A stretch of DNA of 64,000 bases from an uncultured Gammaproteobacteria bacterium (GCA_964355175.1 CAYHBZ010000001.1:64445-128444); one strand, 5' to 3'. Shown: positions 17,935 to 29,597, counted from the stretch's first letter. Numbers and translations: made by a program. The notes: generated by a model from the sequence alone, not told the origin.

Positions 17935-19443
17935 ATGAAAAACCACGAAAACTATTATCTCACCACCACTTTACCATATGTAAACGCTGATCCACATATT
18001 GGATTTGCTTTGGAAATTATTCAGGCCGATGTTTTGGCTCGTTATCATAGTTTACTTGGTAAAAAAGTAGTATTTAATACCGGTACCGATGAGCATGGAC
18101 TCAAAATTTACCGCAAAGCTCTAGAAAATAACCAAACTCCACAAGCTTATTGCGATGAATATGCAGCCAAATTTGACGCGCTCAAACAATCTTTAAATTT
18201 GAGTTACACCAATTTTATTCGCACTACCGACGCGCACCACATTGCCGCCGCGCAAGAATTTTGGCTCCGCTGTGAAAAAAATGGAGATATTTATAAAAAA
18301 GATTACGAAGTAAAATACTGCGTGGGATGTGAATTGGAAAAAACTGATTCGGAATTGGTAGATGATAAATGTCCTGTGCATCCAAATTTAGAAATTGAAT
18401 TAATCAAAGAAGAAAATTATTTCTTCAAATTTTCCAATTATCAGCAGGCACTTTTGGATCTATATGAAAGCAATCCAAATTTTGTCGTACCACAAAATAG
18501 ACAGTTAGAAATAAAAAACTTTGTAAAAAAAGGTTTGGAAGATTTTAGCATTTCCCGTCTCAAAAGCAAAATGCCTTGGGGCGTGCCGGTACCAAATGAT
18601 CCTGATCAGGTAATGTATGTCTGGTTTGATGCTCTCATTAACTATATTTCCACCCTCGGTTGGCCTAAAAAAGGCTCAGATTTTGATTCGTTCTGGCCGG
18701 GCTATCAAGTGGCCGGCAAAGACAATCTGCGCCAACAGAGCGCCATGTGGCAAGCCATGCTGCTTTCTGCCAAGCTTCCAACTTCGGCTCAGATATTTAT
18801 CCACGGATTTATTACTTCCGGCGGACAAAAAATGAGCAAGAGTTTGGGCAATGTAGTGGAGCCTTTGAGTTTGGTAGAAAAATATGGCACCGATGCGCTC
18901 AGATTTTTCCTACTTTCCGGATTACCTTCCCAAGATGACGGTGATTTTACGATCGAGCGTTTTGAAGAAAATTATACTTCCAATTTGGTAAACGGAATAG
19001 GCAATCTTACTTCCAGAATTATCACAATGATTGAAAAATATTCAGAAAGCATAATTCCAGCCAAATCCGATGACTCTTTTGGATTTAACGATAAAGAATT
19101 TTGGTCAAATGGTTATAGTGAAAGTTTGGATGGATATAATTTTGATCATGCCACCAAAAATATTATTGCCCAAGTAGTAAAATGCGATAAAATTATTTCC
19201 GAAACCAAGCCGTGGGAAAAAGCCAAAGCCGGCGAAGATATTTCCGGATTACTCTATCAGTTAGCAGAGGGTCTGCGTCATATAGCAATTGCACTCTTAC
19301 CAATCATCCCACAAACCGCTGAAAAAATTCTCACCCAGCTCGGCCAAGAAGTTCCGTCTGCATACGGCGATCTAATAAAATGGGGCAGTCTAAAACCAGG
19401 AACAAAAATAAACAAAGGGGAGATTTTATTCCCTAGACTTTAA
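17935..19443 (+). CDS. metG: Methionyl-tRNA synthetase
   Basis: PYVNADPHIG, GTDEHG, YVWFDAL, KMSKS. Confidence 0.97.
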   Translation: MKNHENYYLTTTLPYVNADPHIGFALEIIQADVLARYHSLLGKKVVFNTGTDEHGLKIYRKALENNQTPQAYCDEYAAKFDALKQSLNLSYTNFIRTTDAHHIAAAQEFWLRCEKNGDIYKKDYEVKYCVGCELEKTDSELVDDKCPVHPNLEIELIKEENYFFKFSNYQQALLDLYESNPNFVVPQNRQLEIKNFVKKGLEDFSISRLKSKMPWGVPVPNDPDQVMYVWFDALINYISTLGWPKKGSDFDSFWPGYQVAGKDNLRQQSAMWQAMLLSAKLPTSAQIFIHGFITSGGQKMSKSLGNVVEPLSLVEKYGTDALRFFLLSGLPSQDDGDFTIERFEENYTSNLVNGIGNLTSRIITMIEKYSESIIPAKSDDSFGFNDKEFWSNGYSESLDGYNFDHATKNIIAQVVKCDKIISETKPWEKAKAGEDISGLLYQLAEGLRHIAIALLPIIPQTAEKILTQLGQEVPSAYGDLIKWGSLKPGTKINKGEILFPRL

Positions 19444-19450
19444 TTTAAAT

Positions 19451-19981
19451 ATGCCTTTATCATATTTTGATCTAGTTCTATTAATCATAATAGCGGCTTT
19501 TGGTTTTTTTGGTTTATGGTTTGGATTGGTACATACGCTCGGATCGCTGGTCGGCACTGTTGTCGGTGCTTATTTGGCCGCCGTATATTATGAACCAGTT
19601 GCTAGTTGGCTCATCAAAACTACTGGTTGGGGTGAAAATTTTTCTAAAGTTTTAATTTTTGTTATCGTTTTCTTCATCATCAATCGTTTGGTTGGTTTGG
19701 TTTTTTGGATCGTAGATAAACTTCTGAGTTTCTTTACCCATCTTCCGTTTGTAAACAGTATCGATCGCATCTTTGGCATGGCCTTTGGTTTGCTTGAGGG
19801 CGCGATTATGCTTGGGCTTATTTTTTACTTTATTGGTAAATTTCCAGTTGGCATCAACTTTATGACCTGGATTACCGAATCAAAAGTAGTGCCGCAATTG
19901 GTAAAAATTGCTTCAATCCTAATACCTTTATTACCAATGGCTTTAAAAACTGTTCAAACCGCGATTCCGTCTTTAAAATAA
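19451..19981 (+). CDS. cvpA: CvpA family membrane protein
   Basis: D...L......G...GL and DRIFG..FG..EG motifs. Confidence 0.85.
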   Translation: MPLSYFDLVLLIIIAAFGFFGLWFGLVHTLGSLVGTVVGAYLAAVYYEPVASWLIKTTGWGENFSKVLIFVIVFFIINRLVGLVFWIVDKLLSFFTHLPFVNSIDRIFGMAFGLLEGAIMLGLIFYFIGKFPVGINFMTWITESKVVPQLVKIASILIPLLPMALKTVQTAIPSLK

Positions 19982-20003
19982 AAACTTTGCAAAAATTAAA
20001 ATT

Positions 20004-21854
20004 ATGAAAAAAACGCTTCTGGTTGGATCTTTGGCCACCATTGTTTTTATAGCCGGTTTTTTAATTTTTAAAAATAATAATTTTAACCCAAGCCCTGCCC
20101 AAGCTCAGCAAACCAGCTCACTAAATGTGGCAATCACCATACAAAGCGAAGTAAACGATAAACACATCGCACCGCTAGAACAAAATGCTTTTGATAATTT
20201 TTATAAAATTGCGACCCCTCCGACAGATATTGGTACCGTAAAAGGCGGGGTAGTCCCGCACCATTTATTGGCGGGACAGTTACCAGCCGCGTTTTTTAGC
20301 TATCTGGAAAAACAAAAACCTTCTACCATTATTTTATTTGGACCAAATCATTTTTCTACCGGCAAAGGCAAATTTATTGCCAGCGCCAGAGATTATAAAA
20401 CTCTGTACGGCACAGTAAAAACGGATAAAGATCTTTTGAATAAATTGGTGGCCGATAGTTTTATTACTATAGATGAAACAGCAACACAAGACGAACACGC
20501 GGTATTTAATATAATGCCGTTTATCGCGAAATCTTTACCAAACACCAAAATAGTTTCGTTTATGATCCGCGGCGGGATGGATTATGAGAGCCTAAATAAA
20601 TTAACAGAAGAGTTAAAAAATAATTTACCAAGCGACGCAGTCATTGTCGCTTCGGTAGATTTTTCTCACTATCAGACTTTGGCTTCCTCCAATTTTCATG
20701 ACGAAATTACTATTCCGGTTTTGAAAAGTTTTGATTATGATCGCTACAAACAATTGGAAGTAGATTCATACCCAAGTCTTTATTTGCTTTCCAAACTCAT
20801 GGAAAAATACGGCACTCAGAAAATTGGCTATGAACTTCATACTAACGCCGCGGAATTGCTCAAAAATTTAGCCTTAAGCTCCGGTACGAGCCACTACAGT
20901 CCTTACTATATAAAAGGGGAGCCGACCCAAATTAAAACCGCTGGAATTTTAAACTTCGGCGATCTAATGCTAGATAGAAATGTAAAAAAACAAATCGATA
21001 AAAATGGACCAGACTATCCCTTTAAAAAATTGGCTGGCGAAGAAAATAGATTCTTTATGGGCATGGATGCCGTGACCGCGAATTTGGAAGGTAGTTTTGC
21101 CAACAAACGCCGCACTACCAGCAAATCTATTGCTTTCCGTTTTGACCCGGCCCTTATTCCTACTTTAAAAAAATATAATTTTAATCTTTTTACTTTAGCC
21201 AACAACCACAGCACCGACATGAGCGTAGATGGTTTCAAAGAAGGCCAGGCCAACCTCAAAAAAGCCGGGATTAGTTTTTATGGTCAACAATACAAACTAA
21301 ACGATGAAAATTTATTGGTAAAACAAATCGGTAATTTTAAATTTGGTTTGATTGGGCTCGACGATACTATTAATAAAGTAAATACTCTGAAAGTAAAAGA
21401 TCTGATAAAGAAAGCCAAAGACCAGGGTGCTGAAATAATCATGGTAAATATTCACTGGGGCGACGAGTACAAAGAAATTTCGAACACTCGTCAGCGTCAG
21501 CTAGCGCACGCTCTGATTGATATGGGAGTAGATGTGATTGTCGGCCACCATCCGCATGTCGTAGAAGAAATGGAAATCTATAAAAATCATCCAATTTTCT
21601 ATTCGCTTGGTAATTTTGTCTTTGATCAATATTTTTCCGTCCCTACCCAACAAGAATTAGGAGTTGGCTTGGTCTTTAAAGAAGAAAACAATCGGAAATC
21701 CGTTTCTGTCTATGTCTTCCCGCTGGAAAGTGTGCTGAGCCAAATTCGACAAATGAATTATTATAAATCTCTTAAATATTTTGATGCTTGGAGCGCCAAA
21801 AGTCGTTTGGGTGATTATAAATTTAATAATTTCAATGTAAAAATTAATTTTTAA
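20004..21854 (+). CDS. AmmeMemoRadiSam protein B (MEMO1-like) fused to CapA/PGA_cap metallophosphatase, with N-terminal anchor
   Basis: VVPHH, GPNH, EHA, SVDFSHY, then GDLMLDR, NLEG, LANNH, HWG.E, GHHPHV, YSLGNFVFDQ. Confidence 0.88.
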   Translation: MKKTLLVGSLATIVFIAGFLIFKNNNFNPSPAQAQQTSSLNVAITIQSEVNDKHIAPLEQNAFDNFYKIATPPTDIGTVKGGVVPHHLLAGQLPAAFFSYLEKQKPSTIILFGPNHFSTGKGKFIASARDYKTLYGTVKTDKDLLNKLVADSFITIDETATQDEHAVFNIMPFIAKSLPNTKIVSFMIRGGMDYESLNKLTEELKNNLPSDAVIVASVDFSHYQTLASSNFHDEITIPVLKSFDYDRYKQLEVDSYPSLYLLSKLMEKYGTQKIGYELHTNAAELLKNLALSSGTSHYSPYYIKGEPTQIKTAGILNFGDLMLDRNVKKQIDKNGPDYPFKKLAGEENRFFMGMDAVTANLEGSFANKRRTTSKSIAFRFDPALIPTLKKYNFNLFTLANNHSTDMSVDGFKEGQANLKKAGISFYGQQYKLNDENLLVKQIGNFKFGLIGLDDTINKVNTLKVKDLIKKAKDQGAEIIMVNIHWGDEYKEISNTRQRQLAHALIDMGVDVIVGHHPHVVEEMEIYKNHPIFYSLGNFVFDQYFSVPTQQELGVGLVFKEENNRKSVSVYVFPLESVLSQIRQMNYYKSLKYFDAWSAKSRLGDYKFNNFNVKINF

Positions 21855-21855
21855 T

Positions 21856-23610
21856 ATGAACAGAAATAAAATAATTTTATTATCAGTGACACTTTTTGTG
21901 GTCTTGAGCGGACTAGCGATTTTTAGTTTATTAAATTTAAAAACCACAAAACAAGCACCCACTAATGAAGTAAAGCAGGAAGAGGCGGCAACCACCACTC
22001 AGACAAACCAAAATCCAACTGAAAGCACAGATACACCCGGATATGTAAATGGAGTTTTTAGTCCCACCAGCACACTGCTGATAGGTGAAGACATGTCTAG
22101 TTCGTCTGTAAAATATACCGACTTGCCAAAAGATTTATTTGTGCAAAATTTCTCTTGGCAAAAACCGGAAGAAATTCCTAAACTCGGCTTAGTTGTAAAT
22201 CAATTTTCCGAATGTGATGGTCCGGGCTGTAATTATTTCTCCGAAAAAGATTCTCTATATTACCGCGTTGCTACTTTTTCTTACCAAGGAAAAATTGGAG
22301 AAATTGTATTACTACCTCTAAACCACAGTTCCTTTTCCGGCTATAATTTTGGCGAATATTATTTTGTTAATTTAAACGGAAATTTAGTTTTACTCTGGAA
22401 AAACAGTACGGGCTTGAACGATGTTGACGGTTTAAATAAAATAAAATTCTTAGTTGATAAAAATTTATCATTACCAAAAAATACCATCTTACCTAAAGAA
22501 TTAAATATAACCGGGAAACAAAAATTATATTTAGAAGGCGAAGCTGACACGTCGCTATTCCTTGGCGATCTCCAGATAGGCGGCATCAAAAGAGAAAAAG
22601 TTGCTTACTTTGAGAATAAAGACATCTGGAATTGTGGTGACTTCTTCGTAACTTTTACCAACAATATCGAAGGTGTACAGCCAATAAAATATAATATCAA
22701 ATTACCAAAAATATTTAATTTGATTAATGGCCAAAAAGAAAATGTGGCCGATTATGATTCTACACGCAACACCGGCTGTGGCGGACGCAGTGGGGTAAAT
22801 GTATTAACAGAAGTAAACGAAAATAATTTAGAAAAAATTGGAACGGCCGATGACGGTAACATTATCTTTAGATATAAAAATGACGACTATACTGAATCAT
22901 ACAAAAATTATATTGGCTATTTGGAAGCTACAGGATCTTCCTCCAGTATTATTACTTATGAAAAATTCGTCGCGGAAAATCCTTTTATAATGATGAAGGA
23001 TGGTTTCGGACGCTACATTGGATTTCAAAAAAGTAAATTTTTTGTTTCCCTAGCCGAATGCGGCAAACCGGTAATTTACCTTTACCCAAAAACCGAAACC
23101 AAAGTAAATGTCCAAGTAAAACCAAACGGCGGTCTGACGAAGGTAGATCCTTTTTATCCAACCGACGGCTGGCTAGTGAGTGCCAAACCAAACGGCGAAC
23201 TCACCAATCTCTCCGACAGACAACAATACCCATATCTTTTCTGGGAAGGCAAAGCTTACGATATGAAAGTGCCAACCGACGGTTTTGTTTTGAGAAAAGC
23301 CAATGTCAAAAATGACATGACAAAATTATTAGCCAGACTTGGCCTCAATGAAAAAGAGGCCGCCGATTTCCTAGAATTTTGGCAGGTTAAATTGGAAGAA
23401 AAACCATATGTCTTTGTCACTTTTGTTTCCCAAACAGATTTTGATAAAGTCGCGCCATTAAATATTTCTCCTCGTCCAGATAAAGTGATTCGCGTGTTTA
23501 TGGATTACCAGCCACTCGACTTGCCAATCATTGTTCGTCCATTAAAAATAGAAACTCCTGTCCGCACCGGTTTTACCGTAGTAGAATGGGGTGGCAGATT
23601 ACATCAATAA
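21856..23610 (+). CDS. Membrane-anchored hypothetical protein with conserved C-terminal KPVIYLYP domain
   Basis: N-terminal TM segment; KPVIYLYP...LFWEG...IRVFM...VVEWGG. Confidence 0.75.
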   Translation: MNRNKIILLSVTLFVVLSGLAIFSLLNLKTTKQAPTNEVKQEEAATTTQTNQNPTESTDTPGYVNGVFSPTSTLLIGEDMSSSSVKYTDLPKDLFVQNFSWQKPEEIPKLGLVVNQFSECDGPGCNYFSEKDSLYYRVATFSYQGKIGEIVLLPLNHSSFSGYNFGEYYFVNLNGNLVLLWKNSTGLNDVDGLNKIKFLVDKNLSLPKNTILPKELNITGKQKLYLEGEADTSLFLGDLQIGGIKREKVAYFENKDIWNCGDFFVTFTNNIEGVQPIKYNIKLPKIFNLINGQKENVADYDSTRNTGCGGRSGVNVLTEVNENNLEKIGTADDGNIIFRYKNDDYTESYKNYIGYLEATGSSSSIITYEKFVAENPFIMMKDGFGRYIGFQKSKFFVSLAECGKPVIYLYPKTETKVNVQVKPNGGLTKVDPFYPTDGWLVSAKPNGELTNLSDRQQYPYLFWEGKAYDMKVPTDGFVLRKANVKNDMTKLLARLGLNEKEAADFLEFWQVKLEEKPYVFVTFVSQTDFDKVAPLNISPRPDKVIRVFMDYQPLDLPIIVRPLKIETPVRTGFTVVEWGGRLHQ

Positions 23611-23613
23611 TTT

Positions 23614-24456
23614 ATGATTGATACCCACTGTCATGTACAATTCAAAGCGTTCAACGCCGATTATGATGCCATCATAAAAAAATGTTTGGCGCAGGGAATG
23701 ACACTTAATTTGGTAAGTACTCAGAGAGATACTAGCGCCAACGCCGTAGAGACCGCGCAGAAATACGATAATGTCTACGCGACTATTGGTCTGCACCCAG
23801 TACATACCTTTGAAACTTTTGTCGATGAAAAAGAAGGCGGCACATTTACTTCGCGTGCTGAAACTTTTGATTATGAGTATTACAAAAATTTAGCGCAAAA
23901 TAAAAAAGTGGTCGGCATAGGGGAGTGCGGCCTGGAACTTTTTCATTTCCCGGAAGGCTATACAAAAGAAGAAGTATTGGCACGACAAAAAGAAGCTTTT
24001 CTTTTACAATACAAACTCGCGCAAGAAATGAACCTGGCCATGTCGATCCATGTCCGCGAAGCCCACGATGAAATGATTGAGATTTTAAAAACATTACCAC
24101 ACCCAATTAGGGCTGTCGTACATTGTTTCACTTCCAATTGGAAACACGCCCAAGAATATTTAAACATGGGAATGTATTTGGGCTTTACCGGCGTCATCAC
24201 CTTTCCACCAAAAAAATCTAATCCACAAATTCAATTGGATTTATTGGAAGTAGTAAAAAATATTCCAGTCGATCGCATGGTAATCGAAACCGACGCACCA
24301 TACTTGGCACCAAACGCCTACAGAGGACAAAGATGCGAACCGTGGATGGTAGTAGAAGTAAATAAAAAAATTGCTGAGGTAAAAAATATGGGATTAGAAG
24401 AGGTGGCTGAATACACACACAATAATGCCGCTAAGCTATTTAATATTCCTCTATAA
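23614..24456 (+). CDS. tatD: TatD family nuclease
   Basis: DTHCH, GLHP, IGECGL, HCF, ETDAPYLAP. Confidence 0.95.
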   Translation: MIDTHCHVQFKAFNADYDAIIKKCLAQGMTLNLVSTQRDTSANAVETAQKYDNVYATIGLHPVHTFETFVDEKEGGTFTSRAETFDYEYYKNLAQNKKVVGIGECGLELFHFPEGYTKEEVLARQKEAFLLQYKLAQEMNLAMSIHVREAHDEMIEILKTLPHPIRAVVHCFTSNWKHAQEYLNMGMYLGFTGVITFPPKKSNPQIQLDLLEVVKNIPVDRMVIETDAPYLAPNAYRGQRCEPWMVVEVNKKIAEVKNMGLEEVAEYTHNNAAKLFNIPL

Positions 24457-24464
24457 AGGAACAA

Positions 24465-24561
24465 GGGCGGCAAAGGTATCTCCTGAACGGCTTATGAGCC
24501 CACAGGCGAGCTGCCTGAGGCCTCACGGCCGAAGAAAGTGAAGGAGTTACCTTTGCCGCCC
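24465..24561. ncRNA. Unidentified multi-stem structured element
   Basis: 14-bp perfect closing stem GGGCGGCAAAGGTA/TACCTTTGCCGCCC plus CTCCT/AGGAG, enclosing three short hairpins. The minus strand has a GUGA (GNRA) loop. Confidence 0.5.
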
Positions 24562-24613
24562 GTCCACCATGCAGGATAGCCGTAAACTTTATCCCCAAAA
24601 TTTTAAACCAGAC

Positions 24614-24642
24614 TTGACCAAACCCCCAAAATTTAGTAAAAT
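24614..24642 (+). promoter_or_regulatory. atp operon promoter
   Basis: TTGACC, 17 bp, TAAAAT. Confidence 0.7.
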
Positions 24643-24659
24643 AATGCCGTTCACAATTT

Positions 24660-24929
24660 ATGTCAGAAAACCGCGAACTTAAGCCAAAAAACATCGAAAG
24701 GAAGTACTACCTTTTTGCCTTTAAGATCATTGGTGATTTTGGAGCCACGATAGCCGTGCCGGTAGTTATTTCCGCTATAGTTGGCCAAAAATTAGATGAT
24801 ATTTGGCACACCAGACCACTTATGCTCGTGATATTTATGGTCATTTCGGCCATATTAAGCGGGTATCTGATCTATAAAAAATCAAAGATTTACGGCCAAG
24901 AATTTCAGGACCTGGATAAAAAACAATAA
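24660..24929 (+). CDS. AtpZ/AtpI family protein
   Basis: Two TM helices with G..LD....T.P; first gene of the atp operon. Confidence 0.85.
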   Translation: MSENRELKPKNIERKYYLFAFKIIGDFGATIAVPVVISAIVGQKLDDIWHTRPLMLVIFMVISAILSGYLIYKKSKIYGQEFQDLDKKQ

Positions 24930-24935
24930 AAAATT

Positions 24936-25715
24936 ATGGAAATTCACATACCAACATTAGCGCCGGAAACTCTCTTCCATATTGGAAGCCTTCCAGTCAC
25001 CAACACCATGATCAATGTATGGTTGGCGATGGCTATATTTTTGGTAGTCGGAATTATCATCAAGAACCAACTTTCATTACGCCCTGGCAAATTTCAAAAT
25101 TTCTTTGAATACATTCTGGAAATGCTGATGGGTTATTTTGATCAAGTAACTGGAGACCGAAAAAAGACTTTGCGCTTTATGCCAATTGTCGGTACGGTCT
25201 TCTTTTTTATTTTACTTTCCAACTGGCTCGGACTTTTGCCTGGCACCGGCAGTATCACTTATAATCACGCTATGATCTTGCGTCCGGCCAACACCGATCT
25301 GAATCTTACTATCGCGATGGCACTAGTAGCGGTGGTTTCTTCCCATCTATTTGGTTTGTTTACTGTTGGTATTTTTACACATTTAAATAAGTTCATTCAA
25401 ATTGGCACCTTTTTTAAAAGTTTTAAAAAAGGTCCGGTTGGTGTTTTCACCGCCATCATTGAAATGGGTGTCGGTTTGATTGAAATTATTTCTGAAATGG
25501 CCAAGGTGTTATCATTGTCTTTGCGTTTATTTGGTAACATTTTTGCCGGCGAAGTTTTAATTTCAGTTATCAGCGGTTTGGTTAGCGCACTGGTGCCAGC
25601 ACCGTTTATGATGCTTGAACTTTTGGTCGGTTTAATTCAAGCAAGTGTATTTACGATGTTGACCCTGGTGTATCTCACCGTGATGACCGCTGCACCACAC
25701 GCAGACGAACATTAA
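24936..25715 (+). CDS. atpB: ATP synthase F0 subunit a
   Basis: NWLGLLPG, SLSLRLFGNIFAGE, IQASVF. Confidence 0.96.
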   Translation: MEIHIPTLAPETLFHIGSLPVTNTMINVWLAMAIFLVVGIIIKNQLSLRPGKFQNFFEYILEMLMGYFDQVTGDRKKTLRFMPIVGTVFFFILLSNWLGLLPGTGSITYNHAMILRPANTDLNLTIAMALVAVVSSHLFGLFTVGIFTHLNKFIQIGTFFKSFKKGPVGVFTAIIEMGVGLIEIISEMAKVLSLSLRLFGNIFAGEVLISVISGLVSALVPAPFMMLELLVGLIQASVFTMLTLVYLTVMTAAPHADEH

Positions 25716-25762
25716 TTATTTATTCATTGATATTTAAAAATAAATATCATAACACAAACATT

Positions 25763-25984
25763 ATGGATCACGAATCTATGTTGGTGATGGCCAAAGGTTT
25801 GACAATGGCTATCGGTGGTATGTTCCCAGCTTTGGCTATCGGCAAAATCGTAGCTACTGCCATGGAAGCGATCGGACGCAATCCAGAATCTGCTGGAAAA
25901 TCTTTCGTACCGATGTTGCTTGGTGCCGCTTTTGCGGAAGCTATTGCTATCTACTCTTTGGTAGTAGTATTCACATTGAAATAG
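25763..25984 (+). CDS. atpE: ATP synthase F0 subunit c
   Basis: AIGRNPE and FAEAIAIY. ATG at 25763. Confidence 0.95.
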   Translation: MDHESMLVMAKGLTMAIGGMFPALAIGKIVATAMEAIGRNPESAGKSFVPMLLGAAFAEAIAIYSLVVVFTLK

Positions 25985-26011
25985 TTCAATCCGCCAGGTT
26001 ATTGCGCATAC

Positions 26012-26072
26012 TGTCATCCCGAGCATGGCGAGGGATCTTACAAAAGATTCCTCACATTCGTTCGGAATGACA
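26012..26072. repeat. REPIN-like palindromic repeat, copy 2
   Basis: TGTCATCCCGAGCATGGCGAGGGATCT ... AGATTCCTCACATTCGTTCGGAATGACA. Confidence 0.85.
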
Positions 26073-26119
26073 AAGTAATAAAAATAATCTGGCCCATTTG
26101 AAAAATTTCTAAATATATT

Positions 26120-26689
26120 ATGACTTTTACTAATATCGCATACGCTTCTGAAACAGCTGAAAAAACTAACACTACCGAAGAAGGTGTTGCCAATGACAGT
26201 GTTTTGGCTAGTCTTGGGATTAATGGTACTTTGTTTGTAGCTCAATTGGTGAACTTTACTTTGGTTGCTCTAATTTTATGGTTCTTGATTCTAAAACCAC
26301 TTACCAAAAAAATGTCCGAACGCCAGAAAATGATTGATGACAGCATCGACAATGCCAAAAAAATTCAAGACAACCTCAACAAGAGCGAAAAAGAATATCA
26401 GACCCGTATTGATCAAGCTAAAGTAGAATCCAATAAACTTCTAGAAAAAGCCGCAAACGAATCCGAAGTGATGGTAGAAGAAGCCAAAACTAATGCCAAG
26501 ACTGAAATCGAACGCCTAGTATCACAAGCTCGCGACAGCATTAAAGCAGAAAAAGAAACTATGCAGGTGCAACTCAAAGAAGAAACTGCAAACTTTGTGG
26601 TTTTGGCACTCGAAAAAATCTTGGGTGAAAAAGTAAATGACACTTCTGACAAAAAATTAATTGATGAAGTTTTGAAAAAATTGAAATAA
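26120..26689 (+). CDS. atpF: ATP synthase F0 subunit b
   Basis: LFVAQLVNF, KP......ER...I, coiled coil. Confidence 0.93.
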   Translation: MTFTNIAYASETAEKTNTTEEGVANDSVLASLGINGTLFVAQLVNFTLVALILWFLILKPLTKKMSERQKMIDDSIDNAKKIQDNLNKSEKEYQTRIDQAKVESNKLLEKAANESEVMVEEAKTNAKTEIERLVSQARDSIKAEKETMQVQLKEETANFVVLALEKILGEKVNDTSDKKLIDEVLKKLK

Positions 26690-26710
26690 AATAGAAAATA
26701 AAGTTAAAGT

Positions 26711-27097
26711 ATGGCAAAAAATACGCCGAAAATTTACGCTGCTGCCTTATTGAAAAGTATTGTTGGATTATCTGATAAGAACTTGAGCACAACCCTAAAA
26801 AACTTTGTCGCTTTGGTAGCTCGCGAACACAAACTCAAACAGATGCCGAGAATTATCAATGAGTTTGTGCGCCTCGCCAAAAAAGAAGAGGGGATACAAG
26901 AGATAGAAATCCAGACGGCTAGAAAATTGGACGAAAAAACAATTGAAAAAATAAAACATATTTTCGGAAAAGATACAGAGGCCACGACTGAAATAGATGA
27001 AAGCCTACTCGGTGGAGTAAAGATAAAAACCGGTGATAAAATTCTCGACGGCAGCCTCAAAACCCAATTAAATAAATTAAAACAAACTCTAATCTAG
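26711..27097 (+). CDS. atpH: ATP synthase F1 subunit delta (short)
   Basis: YA.AL and [16 protein letters not shown]. Confidence 0.9.
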   Translation: MAKNTPKIYAAALLKSIVGLSDKNLSTTLKNFVALVAREHKLKQMPRIINEFVRLAKKEEGIQEIEIQTARKLDEKTIEKIKHIFGKDTEATTEIDESLLGGVKIKTGDKILDGSLKTQLNKLKQTLI

Positions 27098-27101
27098 TAA
27101 T

Positions 27102-28592
<1,491 letters not shown>

Positions 28593-28597
28593 TAATT

Positions 28598-28645
28598 TGT
28601 CATCTTGAACGAAGTGAAAGATCTTTCGTTACACTCAAGATGACA
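28598..28645. repeat. REPIN-like palindromic repeat, copy 3 (no spacer)
   Basis: TGTCATCTTGAACGAAGTGAAAGATCTTTCGTTACACTCAAGATGACA. Confidence 0.8.
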
Positions 28646-28655
28646 CTAAATAACT

Positions 28656-29597
28656 ATGGCCGTAAATACCAAAGTAATTAAACGCCGCATCAAATCCGTC
28701 TCTTCCACCAAGAAGATTACCAAAGCGATGGAAATGGTAGCGGCCGCCAAAATGCGCAAAGCGGTAGATACTGCCTTGCGTACCCGCACCTATGCCAAAT
28801 TGGCTTGGGATATTTTGGTAGATCTATCCAAAACAGCGGATGTAAAAATTCCATTACTGGAAGTACGCCCGGTAAAAAATGTTTTGGTAATTTTAGTTAC
28901 TTCCAACCGCGGCTTGTGCGGCAGTTTCAATTCCAATATTATTAAAAAAACTTCCATTCAATTAAAAAATCCAGATAACTTGGGTATACAGAATATTGAA
29001 GGAAAGATTTTAAAAACCGATAAAGTAAATATTGATGTACTCGGTATCGGCAAAAAGGGTGCGGAATTTGCTAAAAGAAATAATTATAATTTGGTCGCAT
29101 CTTTTAATACTTTTTCCGATACTCCAAGTCTAAATGATATTTTACCAATTAGTCAGATGGTAATAGATCAATACTCCAAGAAAAAATATGACAAAGTAGT
29201 GGTGGCTTATACCGCTTTCAAATCTGCCATTTCTCAAACTGCTAAATTAAAACAAGTATTACCAATTTCTCCGATTGATCTGGAAAGTATAATAGGGGAT
29301 GCTTCAGTAGAAAAAACTCTACTTGAAGAAGAAAAATCCGAAGACAGATTATTTGAACCAAATCCACAAGAAGTTTTAGAAACTATTTTACCACGCTTGG
29401 TAGAAACAGAATTACTACAAGCCACGCTAGAATCCAGCGCCTCCGAACACAGTGCTCGTATGATGGCCATGCGCAGTGCCTCTGATGCCGCATCTGATAT
29501 GATCTCTGAGCTGAACCTCAATTTCAATAAAGCCCGCCAAGCCGCCATCACGCAAGAAATTGCCGAGATTGCCGGTGGAGCCGCCGCTCTAGAATAA
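28656..29597 (+). CDS. atpG: ATP synthase F1 subunit gamma
   Basis: KITKAMEMVAAAK, RGLCGSFN, RQAAITQEI.EI. Confidence 0.97.
   Translation: MAVNTKVIKRRIKSVSSTKKITKAMEMVAAAKMRKAVDTALRTRTYAKLAWDILVDLSKTADVKIPLLEVRPVKNVLVILVTSNRGLCGSFNSNIIKKTSIQLKNPDNLGIQNIEGKILKTDKVNIDVLGIGKKGAEFAKRNNYNLVASFNTFSDTPSLNDILPISQMVIDQYSKKKYDKVVVAYTAFKSAISQTAKLKQVLPISPIDLESIIGDASVEKTLLEEEKSEDRLFEPNPQEVLETILPRLVETELLQATLESSASEHSARMMAMRSASDAASDMISELNLNFNKARQAAITQEIAEIAGGAAALE

Noticed and set aside
25724-26245. 173-aa minus-strand ORF
   Set aside because: Antisense shadow of atpE/atpF that reads through the repeat (VIPNECEES is the repeat translation).
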